From Octopus vulgaris (taxonomy: Eukaryota): 64,000 nucleotides of DNA. The translations under genes were made by a program, and so were the position numbers. This document shows positions 1 through 14,609 of the stretch, piece after piece (within the stretch, counting starts at the first letter, position 1; each line of letters begins with the position of its first letter). The notes beneath the pieces are model-generated. The model saw nothing but the letters and a program-made list of their open reading frames with translations. It was not told the origin of the DNA and searched no databases. The stretch covers positions 66,402,001-66,466,000 of the forward strand of contig OX597815.1 of NCBI GenBank assembly GCA_951406725.2, in the 5' to 3' direction.

Positions 1-1829
1 GGATAGAAGTGAATGGGACTGACAGAAGTGTAGTTAGGTAGAGGTTGTAGGGGAAGGGGAAGTACTTGATGGCTGTAAAGATTATGTAGGGTTGAGATAT
101 TAACAGCAAAGTCATTTCCTGTTAATACCAGATCATCAATACTTGACATCATTGATATTTTTAATCATTTAGGTAACACTAAGCTTCCCTACACAGTATC
201 TCCTCCAGTGCTCTCTGAAGGAGGTACTGTACCAACTTCTGTGCTACCCAACATGAACCAATGTACCTTACCCAACCTTCCACCTGATATCCCTGACCTC
301 AAGCTTCTACATCCAACCTTCACCATCAACAGTGCTGCAAACTTACAGATAACTGGATATGCCCCTCTTCAAGCAGTGCCAATGATAAAGATTGAACTTA
401 GCACTTCAAGTTAACAAAACACACATCAGTTATATAGTACTCTCAATGTTTATAATAAACTTGATGTTGGCATGGCTGTGTAGTTTACTTCCCAACCACA
501 GGTATCTTCTACTATATCCCTGGGCTGACTAAAGCCTTAAGAACAGATTTAACAGATTGAAACAAAGAAACCTGTTATTGTGTAGTAGCAGCAGTAGTAG
601 TAGTAGTAGTTGCTGCTGCTGCTGTTGTTGTTTATTAGAAAAATCAGGCTCGTGGCCTTTTAGGATTAGTGGAACTTGAAGTATAGAATTCAGTGACACA
701 GTTCAATCATGTAATCAAAGTTTCTTTGCTTAACTTATAGTGTTGGTCATTGATTTGAGAACATGCATGTTTATAATTTAGTTCTAAAGTTGATGTACAC
801 ACATTGTAACAATATAGAATATGGAGATTTGTTCATCCACAAAATTTACTACCTTTTATTTCATGATTTCATACAGCATATTTTCTTGGCTATTATGACC
901 TACTCGTGTTCCCATTGCAAAGAGTATGGGCTGCTGCACATGTAACCAGGCAAAATTATGCCTTGTTGCATGTGCAACTACCCATACTCTATTTCTTTAT
1001 TACCCACAAGGGGCCAAACATAGATGGGACAAACAAGGACAGACATAGGTATTAAGTCGATTACATCGACCCCAATGCGTAACTGGTACTTAATTTATCG
1101 ACCCCAAATATTTATCAACCCATACTCTATGCAGTAGAAACACATCTAGGTCATAATAATCATGAAAATATACTGTATGAAATTGTAAAATAAAAAGGAA
1201 TTTTGAGGATGAACAAGTCTCCATATTGTATATCATTATAATTATTGCTAATATACACTCCAGATAATCTATCCAAAGAAGCAAACATGGAATTATCTAT
1301 CAGAGGAATTTACAGCATTAGTGACAACTCATAGTAGTCATAGGCGTTAAATACTAATCAATGTTGTTGGCTGTAACCTGGAACATAACTGAGAGCTACC
1401 ACTGTATCTACCTGGATAATATATCCTCTAAATTCACATTAATATATATATATATATATATTTTGCAGAAGTAACAGAGTAACTCAAAGTTCAAGAGTTT
1501 AGTATGTTGGCAGTGCTAATGCACAAAACTCTCAGACATTGAGTCACTCTGCTTCTGCTAAATATTAATAAAAATATACATAAACTCATATTTTGAGTTT
1601 TATTTTTCCTGTTTGAATCAACATACCTTTATATATATATAGCAGATATCTACTAAAACAGAAACATAAAATGGACCCATAGCTGCGTCTCAGTTATGAG
1701 CGTGGAACCCTGATAATCTATTACACCATTTACTCAGTGTACCTATTCGTTCAGAGAGAGAGAGAGAAAGGCAGTGCTCCAGCATGGCCGCAGTCAAATG
1801 ACTGAAACAAGTAAAAGAAGATATAATGT

Positions 1830-2684
1830 CCAAAGTACATTCTTGAAGTTTTAAGACATCTTTAGGAGGGGCAGTTATAACTAACTTAGATTATTGTAAT
1901 TTTAGAATATCATTACTATACAGCTTATAAGCTGACTTTTCAGTATTCCAGATTGAAGGAGATGGCTGTAACAGCACTTCCAACACACCCTGCTAAACAC
2001 TGCTTGTTACAGCTGACTAGTTTACAGAATGCAATCTGGGACATTTGGAAGCTCCCTTAGCAATAAAGTTTTGTGTTAAACTGGGCAAAAATACTATAGT
2101 AACTTATGAAATGTTTCAGACTCCTAAAAGATTAATCTTTTCATTGGCGCAAGACGTTCAAGGATAGTAGAGGCAGTGAGAGATGATGAGAGGTGTGGGA
2201 GGAAGTGGGACATCAAAACATCACAGCTATTTGAGAAAATTTGTAATTTTTTAGATGAAAACTGTAAATAAAGAATAAGCATACAATTTGGAGTTGGTGT
2301 ATTAACCATACACAGAATCATTCATGAAGATCTGAACGTGCACAAAATTTTTGCTAAGTCTGGTCCCTGTGACAGGCATCTTGATAAGCAATTACTTGTC
2401 AGAGATGGGCATCAAAACTTCACCTTTCCTACAGTCCAGAGCTTACTTCCTGTGACTTTTGGCTGTTCCCCAAGCTGGAGTAGAACCTCAGGGGCAGTTG
2501 CTTTGAAGAGAAAGGAGGCGGTGACAAGGGTCCTGGACACCTTCACTTTGGAATACTTCCATGGAGCCTTCATGAATTGGCTGGAGTGATACAATTCTGA
2601 AGGAGAGTAGAGTTATGTACTTCTTTGAAATTAATAAATATCTCTCCTGAAAAAAATCTGAAAACTTCTTGAATGCACCTCGTA
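1830..2684 (+). mobile_element. Decayed, internally deleted mariner-type DNA transposon
   Basis: Transposase-like remnants (AIKFCVKLGK..., IHRIIHEDLNVHKIFAK, QSLLPVTFGCSP). Right TIR tctgaaaacttcttgaatgcacctcg|TA has a degenerate counterpart near 1830-1856. Confidence 0.65.
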
Positions 2685-2934
2685 TGTTTATGTGTGTGCA
2701 TGGAGGTGTTAGTGTCTCCATGTCTTGATATCATGTGATGGCTATAAACAGGTGTTACTGTCAATTCAAGCAGTATCATTTATTTCCGGTCTTTCATGAA
2801 AACATTTGGGGAAGTATTACGTTACTTGGAAATAGGTGAAGGATGGTAACAGGATGAACATTTGGCTATGGAAAATCTGACCCATGCAAGCATGGAAAAG
2901 TGGACATTAAAACGATGATGAGGATGTACATTCT

Positions 2935-3312
2935 AGTATGGCTGTGTAGATTATAAGCTTGCTTTGCAACCACCTAGTTTCAGGTTCAGTCCCTCTTGGA
3001 CTAGTGTCTTTTACTATAGCCCTTGGCCAACCAATACCTTATAAGTGAATTTGGTAGATAGAAACTGTGTGCATATATATATATAGAGATAGATAGATAG
3101 ATAGATAGATATACGTGTGTGTGTGTGTTTATCTCCCCACCCACCATTTGACAACTGGTACTGGTTTGTTTACAGCCCTGTAACCTAGCAGTTCAGCAAA
3201 AGAAACTGATAGAGTAAGTACCAGACATAAAAAGTACTGAGATTGATTTATTCAACTTAACTTTGTGAGGTGGCGCCCCAACATGGCCACAGTCCAATGA
3301 CTGAAACAAGCA
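2935..3312 (+). mobile_element. tRNA-derived SINE (family recurring throughout the window)
   Basis: Head atggctgtgtag...aagcttgctttgcaaccac...ggttcagtccc, body tgtcttttactatagcc...gaatttggtagatagaaactg, tail ggccacagtccaatgactgaaacaag. Homologous copies or fragments at ~470, 3860(-), 24995, 26820, 29380, 58430, 63099, 63480(-). Confidence 0.75.
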
Positions 3313-4348
3313 AAAACTGAGTATCTCAACCATAGCACATTGATACATCAATTGCTTGTTATGACTCATCAACCACTCAAATCTAATGTTTTTTTGTTCT
3401 GACAGATATAAAGTTCTATCAGACTCACATCTGCTTGAGTCATACATTTATATCTTACTTTAAACATTATGTTGGTGGTGGGAGGAAGTGAAGTGGCAAG
3501 AATTGTTAGCACATTGGCAAGAATGATTTGTGACATTTGTTCCAACTCTCTTCACTCTAAGTTCAAATTCTACTCAGGTGAACTATGACTTGTCTTTTGG
3601 GGATAAATACAAAAAGAAAACCTAAGACAATAATTTGGTGGAACTGACTGAGGGTCATAATGGATACCTTTCAATATATATTCTGGTTCTTTGTAGTCTG
3701 ACAGCAACCCCTGCAAGTGATTCCAAGCTGTAGCTGCCCAAATTGATGATTTTTAGTGGCATGGAGAATGGGAGACTTAGAAGAATAAAAATATAGCTCT
3801 ACTTACAATTAAATTAATATCTTTTATGATGAAATATATGACAGGATTCCACACACTATCTACCAATTCTACTCCTAAGACTATGATACAAGACACTTGC
3901 CCAAGCCAAGTTACTGTATTGTGGGATCAAGCCTGGAACTATGTGAATATGAAACAAAGTCCTTAACCATATGGCCATGCCAGCATCTATACTTTAACCA
4001 ATTTTTCTGCCAAATTAAAGACATCAGTTGTTGTTGTTGGGAGTTGTGGGGTGGGTTATAAATAATTTTATGTTTTTGCTTACATTTGCTGCAAAATAAG
4101 TTTTCTTTTATCCAACAATTATATTTCTTTAATGTAAATTATAGCTTTTCCCTTTGCTCAATTCTGTTGTTAGGACTGGATTCTGTGTTCTTTTCTTCCT
4201 GTCTTTAGTATTTCTTTTCTTCATATAATCTATTGGATATTTTCTTTATTTATTTTTCTGATTTTTTTTTAGTTCTGAAGCATATACACATATATATGTA
4301 CATACATACATACATACACACATATACAAACACAAACATATATATACT

Positions 4349-4392
<44 letters not shown>

Positions 4393-6435
4393 ACACACTC
4401 ACATAACCCCTATTTTGTTTTTACATCTCATTTTTCTCTTCAACACTTCAATTGTCCCATTGTTCACCTTCTTTCATGCTATTTCTTATACATGGTTTCC
4501 TTCTATGGCTATCTTTCCCTCCTCTAAGATGTTGTTTCTATTGTCTCTAAACATTTCTTCCCTCCTGCATCTCTTCCTTTACATAATAATCAATACTTCC
4601 TTACTTATAATCTTTCTTTAAAGTATCTTTTATACTTCTTTTTGCTTTAACTCATTCATTACTTCACCCAAAGCTTTTATTTAATCATTGCAGGATTTTT
4701 GTAACAACAACAAAAAAATAACATCAATAATAGCAATATTGTCAATAATAATAATAATAATGATGATAATGATTTCTTTTGTAAAATTTTGTTGATTTAA
4801 TAATAGTTTGATTCAGATAGAAGGCTAGAAAATTTTTTTCATCTCCTGAAAGGATGAAAGGCAAAGTTGACCTTGGCAAGAATTAAACTCGAAATGTAAA
4901 GAGGTGGAAGAAGTATTGCATGGCATTTTATACAATGCTCTAATTGTTCCTATCTATCATCCTAATAATAGTAATAATAATAACAATAATAATAATAATA
5001 ATAATTTTGGCACAAGGCCAACAAATTCATCGGTACATACTATATCAACCCTGAAAGAATGAAAGGCAAAGTTGACTGCAAAACTTTTTCTTTTCTAATA
5101 ATTACTTCTGATTTTGACACAAGGACAGTAATTTTTGAAGGGAGGTTTTCACAATGCATTTTATCTTTTACTTGTTTAACTCATTGGACTGCAACCATGC
5201 TGTAGTGCCACCTTGAAGGGTTTAGTCAAACTGACTCCAGCGTTAATCATTTTTAAGCCTTGTACTTTTTCTGTCAGTCTTTTTTGCCAAACTGCAAAGT
5301 TACAGGTGACATGAACAAACCAATGCTAGTTATCAAGCAATAATCAGGAGAAACACACAACAGGCTTCCATACAGTTTCCATCTACTGAATTCTCTCAAA
5401 AAGACATTGGTCTACCTCAGGTAATAGTAGAAGACACATTGGACAAAATGCTTAAAAATATTTCTTCCAGCTCTTTATGTTTTGAATTTAAAAACCACCA
5501 AGATCAAATTTGCCTTTCATCTTTATGGGATTAACAAAATAAAGTACCAATTAAATACTGGGGTTAGGGTAATTGATTTATCTCATCTCCTTAAAACTGC
5601 TGGCCTTGTGCCAGAATTAAAATCATTTCATATTATCTTGTTCAGGATATTTTTTCAAACTCTCACATCAAGTACAATACATTTTCTCACAATATGACAC
5701 AATATGGTTTTCACCAGAAGTCTCTCTATAATGAGGACTGCATCAAAGCCCATACCAGTCATACTTCATTATTGTACAAATTTTATCAACTCCTCATTCC
5801 ACTTTAAGAGAAAAGTGAAGATGGGGGGTTTGTCTGTGTCATTGTCATTGTGTCTGTTGTTTTTCTTGTAGCTTCTTTTATTCTTGTTGTTGTACCTCTT
5901 GCTGTTTTTACCGAGATAATTATTCTTGTTTTGCTATCATGGTTGTTCTTGTTGTTGGTCTGTTACATTGCACCTTCTTTTTGGTCTGGTCTTTGAGCTG
6001 CCAAACCTTTGGGATTTGGAGGTCACACAGCTGGTTCTCTGTCCCAATCTGCTTTCTGTTTGTTGACCTCATCCCCCCCTCCACTCTTTGCCATTTTTCA
6101 CACACTTTCTTCTCATTTTTGACATCTTTCTTTTTCAGCATTTGAGCATTTTTTTTCCTGCTTTTGTTTTTTGGGGAAGAACACTTCTTCCTGAGCTCCT
6201 TTGTATTGAGGATTTTGCTGTTCTGGTTTAGGTGGAATTTTGCTCAGGGTGGGGAAGTAGAATTAATATAGTTATCTTTTTGTTAATGTTAATAAAAACA
6301 ATATTTTCTGTAGAAATTTACAAAGCTTTAAATTTTTATTTCTAAAAAAAAAATGTTTCCTTTTTTTCTTTTATCTCTGAATGATCTCTTTAAATTTATT
6401 TATTTAATTATGTTTTTGTGTTTTTTTATCATTAG

Positions 6436-7599
6436 GTGCTTATTAACGTAGGGCCAATAAAACCTAACCGGAAATTACCTGATTCTGAACGCAAAACCAA
6501 ATTATGTGAATTACCATCCATCACTGCAGCAGATGTTTGTGTTAATACTTGCAACTCTTGTGTTGAAACAACTTTCTCAAGTCCAAATCTTCAAGATATT
6601 CCAAGTCCATCTGATCCAGATTTAACAATATCCCCTCCACCTCTGACTTGGGACCAAGTAGCAGAACAAAACATTCGAAAACTTGAATATGCTCGAAGTA
6701 TACATCTAAGCAATCCCCTTACAAATGAATTATTGAATCTCAGTTTGTTAAGAGACAGAGCTGAAGCACCTTTAGCAAGTCCAGAGCCTTCAATTTCAGA
6801 ATCTTCAAGTGCTGCTTCTTTGAAAGCTAGTGCCCCTATAAATAGATATAGTTTCCATAAAGCAATTTATGGTTTCCAAGATCTCAAGTCTATACAGCAA
6901 TCGCCATTACCCAAAACGCGTACTGGTAGCTTTTCTTGTTTTAGAAATGAGGAACCTTCCAGTAACGAACAATCCCCAGACACTTGCAAGGAGGAAGAAA
7001 ATTTTAATAATAACAATAATAACAATAACAATAATAATAATGAACCTGAAAAGGTTGACATAATAAAAGACAAAAGACCTGAGAGTGTTACCATTGTATC
7101 ATCTACGGAATCAAACCATATTTGTGATAAAACCAATGGACATGTTTGCTTAGATATTGAAGGCAAGTTATTGCAACAGAGCCAAAAAGTTGGAGATGAA
7201 ATTGCATTGGATTCTAGAAGGTTAACAAGAAAAGGATCAGAAAAAAATGACAGCAATGCCTTTTTACCTCACAATAGAATAGTTAGCTCTGACAGAACTA
7301 GCTCTGTTGCCTGCATGCCTCTTCCAACCCCCAAACCTCTTTTCCAACATACAGGATCTGAATCCTTTTTGCAAAACATTGTACCCCGACATGTCATGCG
7401 ACGGTCAACAGAACAAATGGATTTTAAGGCCTTAAAAGATGATACAACACTATTTGAAAGTCCTAAAAGGACAGCCCCTGTTCCCAAACCTCCCCGACAT
7501 ATCCCTGTGAAATTGCCATCCAGTTTACCACGGGTTTCAATTCTTAGTTCTACTGGTGAAGAAGAATCTGAAAGAAGACATTCATTTCCTAGGCTTTAA
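6436..7599 (+). CDS. 3'-terminal coding exon (387 codons) of an unidentified gene; Ser/Pro-rich, probably disordered C-terminal region with a poly-Asn tract and PxxP motifs
   Basis: 1.16 kb stop-free frame in AT-rich DNA. It begins directly after a T-rich tract and acceptor (ttttgtgtttttttatcattAG|gtgctt, AG at 6434-6435), has no own ATG at the start and ends TAA. AT-rich UTR-like sequence with AATAAA motifs follows. No domain recognised. Confidence 0.8.
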   Translation: MLINVGPIKPNRKLPDSERKTKLCELPSITAADVCVNTCNSCVETTFSSPNLQDIPSPSDPDLTISPPPLTWDQVAEQNIRKLEYARSIHLSNPLTNELLNLSLLRDRAEAPLASPEPSISESSSAASLKASAPINRYSFHKAIYGFQDLKSIQQSPLPKTRTGSFSCFRNEEPSSNEQSPDTCKEEENFNNNNNNNNNNNNEPEKVDIIKDKRPESVTIVSSTESNHICDKTNGHVCLDIEGKLLQQSQKVGDEIALDSRRLTRKGSEKNDSNAFLPHNRIVSSDRTSSVACMPLPTPKPLFQHTGSESFLQNIVPRHVMRRSTEQMDFKALKDDTTLFESPKRTAPVPKPPRHIPVKLPSSLPRVSILSSTGEEESERRHSFPRL

Positions 7600-8272
7600 A
7601 TCTATCAATTAATATCAATTATTAATTGATATGAATTGTTATAATTTAAATACAAATTAAAGCAATAGCAATGAAAAGATATTGAGTTTTAAAATAGAAA
7701 GGGGAAGAAAATAATTTATTACACTCTTTGGGTTTTAAATTAAGTTTTAAAACCCAATTTTACTCACTAATATATCATCATGTCTTTATTTACAGATATC
7801 AACAAAAACCTAGGTAGACTTATAGAACTACAAACACCAAATTTAATTTTAACTTCAGATAGGACCTGGGGTTTTATTTTACTTTTAAACATGACTCAGC
7901 AGTAGTTTAAGTCTGTGATTTCTTATCTCCAGCTTGCAATATTCCATAAAAGTTACTGAAAAATCAAAGATAATTTAATACACACCATTGGAAAATTTGG
8001 GGTAAAAATATATTTAAAAACAAATAAGAAGTGTAATCTTGATACTAAAAGGAAACTAAGTTCTTTCTACAAATTTTAAATGTTACATATATAGTTTTTT
8101 TTTTCTTTTTAGCTCATATTGTTGTATCATTCTAAAATATTATTTTCAGATTTAAGAAGTTTCAAAGAAAAAAATTGTTTGAATAAATAAAAAAAATTAT
8201 ATTTGAAAAAATTTGTCAAGCAGATATTGACAACAAATTTAGTAAGTATATATATATGTGTGTATATATATA

Positions 8273-8316
<44 letters not shown>

Positions 8317-9589
8317 ACAGTGATCGTCAAATAAATTTGATTGCAGGTTATTAATCTAAGATATAGCACAACTGCCTGGCATCTTTTCTAATCTAATCAG
8401 CATAATTCTTCAGTATGTCCAATTTACAACTCTACCTCAAGTGCACTTTTCTTTGTATTCAATTCAAAATCTCAATGATGCAATGCCTATTTCACCAACA
8501 GTCATCTTCTAGATGACCAAGGCATGACAAACACATCAGTTTCAAAATTAAACAACTGTTTTATCATATTTTATTTTTTGTTTTAAACCTAAACAACAAA
8601 CAATCTTAAAACGATTTTTATTTATATTTTTTACCATTTTTTGTATTTGTTTTTGTCCATTTATGTTTTTTTTTTGTTTCCTTCATTTCATGATGCCCTG
8701 TTCTAAATAAATGTATATCATATGTTTGCACTGTCACCAATTTCAAATTACAAAAGTATTAATACCCATTAAATGATATTGAATCAGAAGATTTTTGCTC
8801 AAAGATAGACTTTGTTGAATATAAAAAGATTTTCAAATAAAGGGATTATAGATTATCAACTACATGGTCATAAGTCTCAAGTATCAACTCACTTCATCAG
8901 TTTATGGATGTTACTAAGATAGATACTCATCATCTCATTAGCTGTTAACCATATAGACGTCTTAAGATGTCTAATAATTAATACAAAGACTATATACAAA
9001 TAAAAGTTTTGCGGAACAGACTGGATAATAGAACTCAATACATGAGTTTATATATTTTTAATCAACAAAAAGGTGATGGTCTAGAGTTGCATGCATAGCA
9101 TTTATCAAAATGTGTTAAACTCTTGATCCTAGATTTAATCTCAGATCAGCTTTGAGTAAGAAAAACAATGGCCAAAGAAATTCCAGTCATGACCTTCCCA
9201 TCATTTATTTAGACCTAGTTTATCTAGAACTACATTGACCATCAAATGCTTCTCCATTTTTAAGATGGTACAGTGTAATATGATAGCTATTTAGTTACTA
9301 TTTCTTACAGGTCAGACAATCTTGTAAAGTCACCCTCCAACAGCAGAACTATCATCATCATCTACTATAGCAGTAAATGATAGGTTATACTATTACTTCT
9401 CATTAATTTCATTGCTTATCTCCAATACTTAATGATATTTATTGATCTTAGAATAATTAGAGACACTAAATTAAAACTGAAAATTCAAATACAAATCCTG
9501 AAAGACCTAAATTTAATACTTTTGCAATAATTTTCTTTCTTAATAATACAGTGTTGTACAGATCAACAGTAACCCTTCCTCTTTTAAAA

Positions 9590-10500
9590 TGAGTATTTCT
9601 CACTTTCAAGTGACATGTGCTTAGTTTAGAATTGCTAATGACACTTTGAAGTGACATGCACTCACTTTGAAATTGCTAATCTTAGTTTTAAATGACGTGC
9701 TCACTTTGAAACCTTTTGTCCCACTGTATTTTGTTTAGAATTGCATGTCACCCTTCAAAGTGGTGTGTGTTTTATTCTGAAATAGCTAATCATTCTTTGA
9801 AATTATATGCAAGCACTTTGGGAATGCTATTCTCACTTTGAAGAGTTGTATACTCACTTTAAATTGTAAACACTGTAGTAAAAAAAAAAGACAAAAAATG
9901 CAGACACGAATTAAAACATGAAAGTAAAAATGTAATCAACAAACTCTTAATAAGCTAGCATTTTAACTAAGGACAGAAGCATTATCTTACTAGCTGCTTT
10001 TAAACTAGGAACAGACTAATCAGATTTGACTAGCCTTTAAACTAAGAAAAGAAGTATCACATTACATATAACTGGGATGTCATGAAGTGGCATTCAAAAT
10101 TGGGACATTAAGTAGTATCAAGAGACAATATTTCTGACTGGAGGGTTACAACTGGAATATCACAATACACTATAATATTAAAAGTCACAACTAAGGTGAG
10201 ACATGATACTTTCTGCCATTAAATGAAAATGACAACATTCTGCATTTTCAGGTTACGTCACTGAAATAACTAGATTATTAAAACTGTATTACAACATATC
10301 AGAATTTAATACTTATAAGCAAAATATCAAAGCAGGATATATCATAGCATTAATTGGATGTTGTAATATATCAGAGATCATCATCACATCTTCAATATTA
10401 CATACAAATCAATAAACCATTAGCTCACAACTAGATTATCATATAAGGCATGGCACTCACAACTTGGATATCATAAACAATACACTACAAACAGTTGTGA
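9590..10500. repeat. Two adjacent degenerate minisatellite arrays
   Basis: 9590-9870: recurring ~20-bp units ctcactttgaa(attgctaat/gtgacatg). 9950-10500: recurring ~35-bp units centred on (c/t)aactrggatatca. Confidence 0.55.
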
Positions 10501-11589
10501 GACAGGGCTTTTTGTCTTTTTGTTATTTTTTTGTATTCTTTTTTCTTTTTATACCTCCCCTCCTTCCTTCCTCTCTCTCTATATATATACATATAAATCT
10601 ATTAACTTCCTAAATATGTTTTGCAACTGTGAGGTATAGCCATGATTGGCCATTTTACTTACTAATTAAAGACTAATTACAGTAACTGCTTGCCATTAGA
10701 ATACTGCAGCATGAAGTCAATATTAGGACACAGCAGTGTATGGTCAGCATTAGCAGACAGGAGTGTGTGGCCACCAGCCCAGTTCTCCATCAGTTGGCTA
10801 CTACTTTCTCCACCTCATAGATCAGTTCTTCAAATATTCCGTCCTGTGGATTAGACAATGAAGGTGCAGGGAGTGGTTTGATGAACTGAGGTACTGTTTA
10901 TCTACCTACCCACCAACCAACATATCATGAATTACCAACTGGAAGTTAAGCCCCAACAAACTAGTCTCAGATCCTAATCTCTACTCACTAATATCTCCTT
11001 ACTGAAGTAATGAGAGCTGTAGTATACAAATAAGATATATCAAGTGATGACTCTGTAAACCTGTTTCAGCTACTGAAAAAGGCATGAACATTACTACACA
11101 ATCTACTTATTCTTTCTTATTATCCTGCCTGCAACTGTGGTACCTAAGAAAATAAGAACAACATTTAGCAAGAGGAGATGAAAACTTGTAACAAGAAGTT
11201 CCAAGTGTGCCATGGCCATGATCCAGTTTCAGCATCTGATTAGAACACTTTCATCTCACTTACATCATCATAAGTACCCTTGAGAATGGCATAAAGGTCA
11301 TACAATCTCATTTCATCTTCTATACAAAATCTAAGGCCATGTGCCTTTCTATTATAAAGTCAATATGTTCTAAATTCAAACCAAGATTGAATGACATAGG
11401 AAAATGAAACAAACAGAAAACGACTATCTTGATATTTCTTAATGGCTTCTCTAAAATCAAAGACATCTACTTGGAATAGAAAACTGTGCTATGTCTGTAC
11501 AATTTGAATGATTTTTCTGAAAACTTATATGTCCAACAAATACACACGAGCACATGCATAGACACAGACACACCAAGACACACTAGTGT

Positions 11590-11969
11590 ATATATACATA
11601 TATCATCATATATATATATATATTTATATATATATATATGTATGTATATGTGTGTGTGTGTATGTATCTATGTGTGTGTGTATATATATATTTATATACA
11701 TACACACACAATGTTTGGTTCCATACTCGAAGAAACAGTTAACACATTACATTTAAGATTAATCATTCTTGGTTCTAGATGTTATCTTTCAAGTGCTATA
11801 CATATCTGTGAAGTTTATATATATATAATATAAATATCATATATATACATATATATGTATATATATAGATATATATGTATGTGTGTATGTATGTATGTAT
11901 GGTTGTATATATATATATACACATACATATATATAAGTACATATATATTTATGTAAATTTACATGTATG

Positions 11970-12000
<31 letters not shown>

Positions 12001-12235
12001 CAATATACATACACATATATATATATATATATACACACACACATATATATACATGAACATATATATGCATATATATATATATACACATTTACATATAGAT
12101 ATATATACACACATATATATATGTGTACATATATACATATATATATGTACATATCTACATATATATATATAATATATATATATGTATATATATATGTATA
12201 TATATATGTATATATATATATATACATATATATAT

Positions 12236-12268
<33 letters not shown>

Positions 12269-12353
12269 TATATATACATACATCTATATATATATATATA
12301 CATACATATATATATATACATCTATATATATATATATACATACATATATATAT

Positions 12354-12436
<83 letters not shown>

Positions 12437-12747
12437 CATACATATATATATACATACATATATATATATACATATACATACATATATATATACATACATA
12501 TATATATGTATGTATGTATATATATATATATACATACACACATATATATATATATACATATATATATACATACATATATATATATATATATATACATATA
12601 TATACATACATATATATATATATACATACATATATATGCATACATATATATATATATATACATATATATACATATGTACATGTATGTATACATATATATA
12701 TATGTGTGCACATATATTTATATACACATACACATATATACACATGT

Positions 12748-12807
<60 letters not shown>

Positions 12808-13500
12808 ACATATATATACATATATGCATATATATGTACATATATATGCATATATATGTACATATATATACACACACATATATATATACATACATGCACA
12901 CATATATATACACATATACATACACACATATTTATACACATATATATATACATATATATTCACATACATATACATATACATATATACACACATATATATA
13001 CATATATATATGCATGCATACACACACACACACATATATATATATATGTGTATACATGTTCACATGGATGTACATACATGTATGTGTATGTATATATGCA
13101 GATGTATATTTGCATATATATATATATATATGCTTGCATCTATATGCATATACATACATAAATCATTATATATATGTGTGTGTATACATACATATGCTTG
13201 CATTATATATGTATACATACTTAAATACATTACATATATATATATATATAAATTGAACTCCTAACTGTTGTTATTGCTGTTGTTGTTGTTATAATTATTA
13301 TCTTGAATGATTCAAAGAAATGCTTATTTAATTTTCCAAAGAAATTGTTATTACTCTAAATTGTAGAAATTTTTAAAAGATTAAAATATAATGTGAAATA
13401 TATTTTATAATCATACAGATACACACTATTGTACATGCACACATATCAGAATGTATGTATATATGAATATATATAAGTGTGGGTGTGTGTGAAGTATGTA

Positions 13501-13532
<32 letters not shown>

Positions 13533-13537
13533 GTGTG

Positions 13538-13577
<40 letters not shown>

Positions 13578-14027
13578 TATGTACACACATTTACACACAA
13601 ATACACTCATTCATGAATATAGATGAGTGTGTGTGTGTATATATGTATGTATGTATTGGGTGAGTATGTGGGTATCTGTGTGTTTCTATGTATACCTCTA
13701 TAATTCAATTAATAAAATTTTATGTACATGTATATGTGTGTATACAAATTCATAAATATTTGTTCATATATTATATATTTGTGTGACAATGAACGAATAT
13801 GTCAGTATACATGATTGTGTGTGTGACTGTGTATATATATATATGTGTATATATACATGTACGCATATATATGTATGTGTGTATATATGCATATGTGTGT
13901 ATATGTATGAATGTATTTATAAATGTATGTATATATGTATGAGTAAATGAGATGACAAAGGAATAAATAATTATCTTCTATGTATATAAATTATATATAT
14001 ATTTATGTGTATATATATGTATATCTA

Positions 14028-14060
<33 letters not shown>

Positions 14061-14135
14061 GTTTGTGTATAAATGAATGTATGTATGTGTGCATATGTAT
14101 ATACAAATGTATATGCTTATATATGTATATATATG

Positions 14136-14171
<36 letters not shown>

Positions 14172-14422
14172 GGTGTATTTATATGTATATGTATATATAT
14201 GTATATATATATATATGTATATATATATATGTATATATATATATATGTATATAGATGTATGTTTATATATATGTAAATGTATATAGATGTATGTATATAT
14301 ATATCTATATATATGTACATATATATAGATGTATGTATATATATATATATATGTACATATATATATATCTATGTATATATACACATATGGATATACGTAT
14401 ATATACATATATATATATATAT

Positions 14423-14465
<43 letters not shown>

Positions 14466-14533
14466 CATGCATACATATATATATATATATATACGTTGGC
14501 ATACATGTATATGTGTGTGTGTGTGTATATATA

Positions 14534-14581
<48 letters not shown>

Positions 14582-14600
14582 GATATACGTTTACCTATTA
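11590..14600. repeat. Very long compound (TA)n/(CA)n/(TACA)n microsatellite sea
   Basis: About 3 kb dominated by TA/CA/TG dinucleotides; source of the spurious YIYI ORFs. Confidence 0.97.
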
Positions 14601-14609
14601 GAATATATA

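Noticed and set aside
1445-1560. SECIS element or miRNA call for the hairpin
   Set aside because: The GA quartet register is incompatible with the best helix, and there is no evidence for miRNA processing from sequence alone.
6867-7487. Antisense ORFs with poly-Leu; also antisense ORFs over the ZNF and LINE
   Set aside because: Shadows of the real sense ORFs.
9590-10500. CRISPR-like repeat/spacer array
   Set aside because: Units are degenerate without unique spacers, no cas genes, eukaryotic context.
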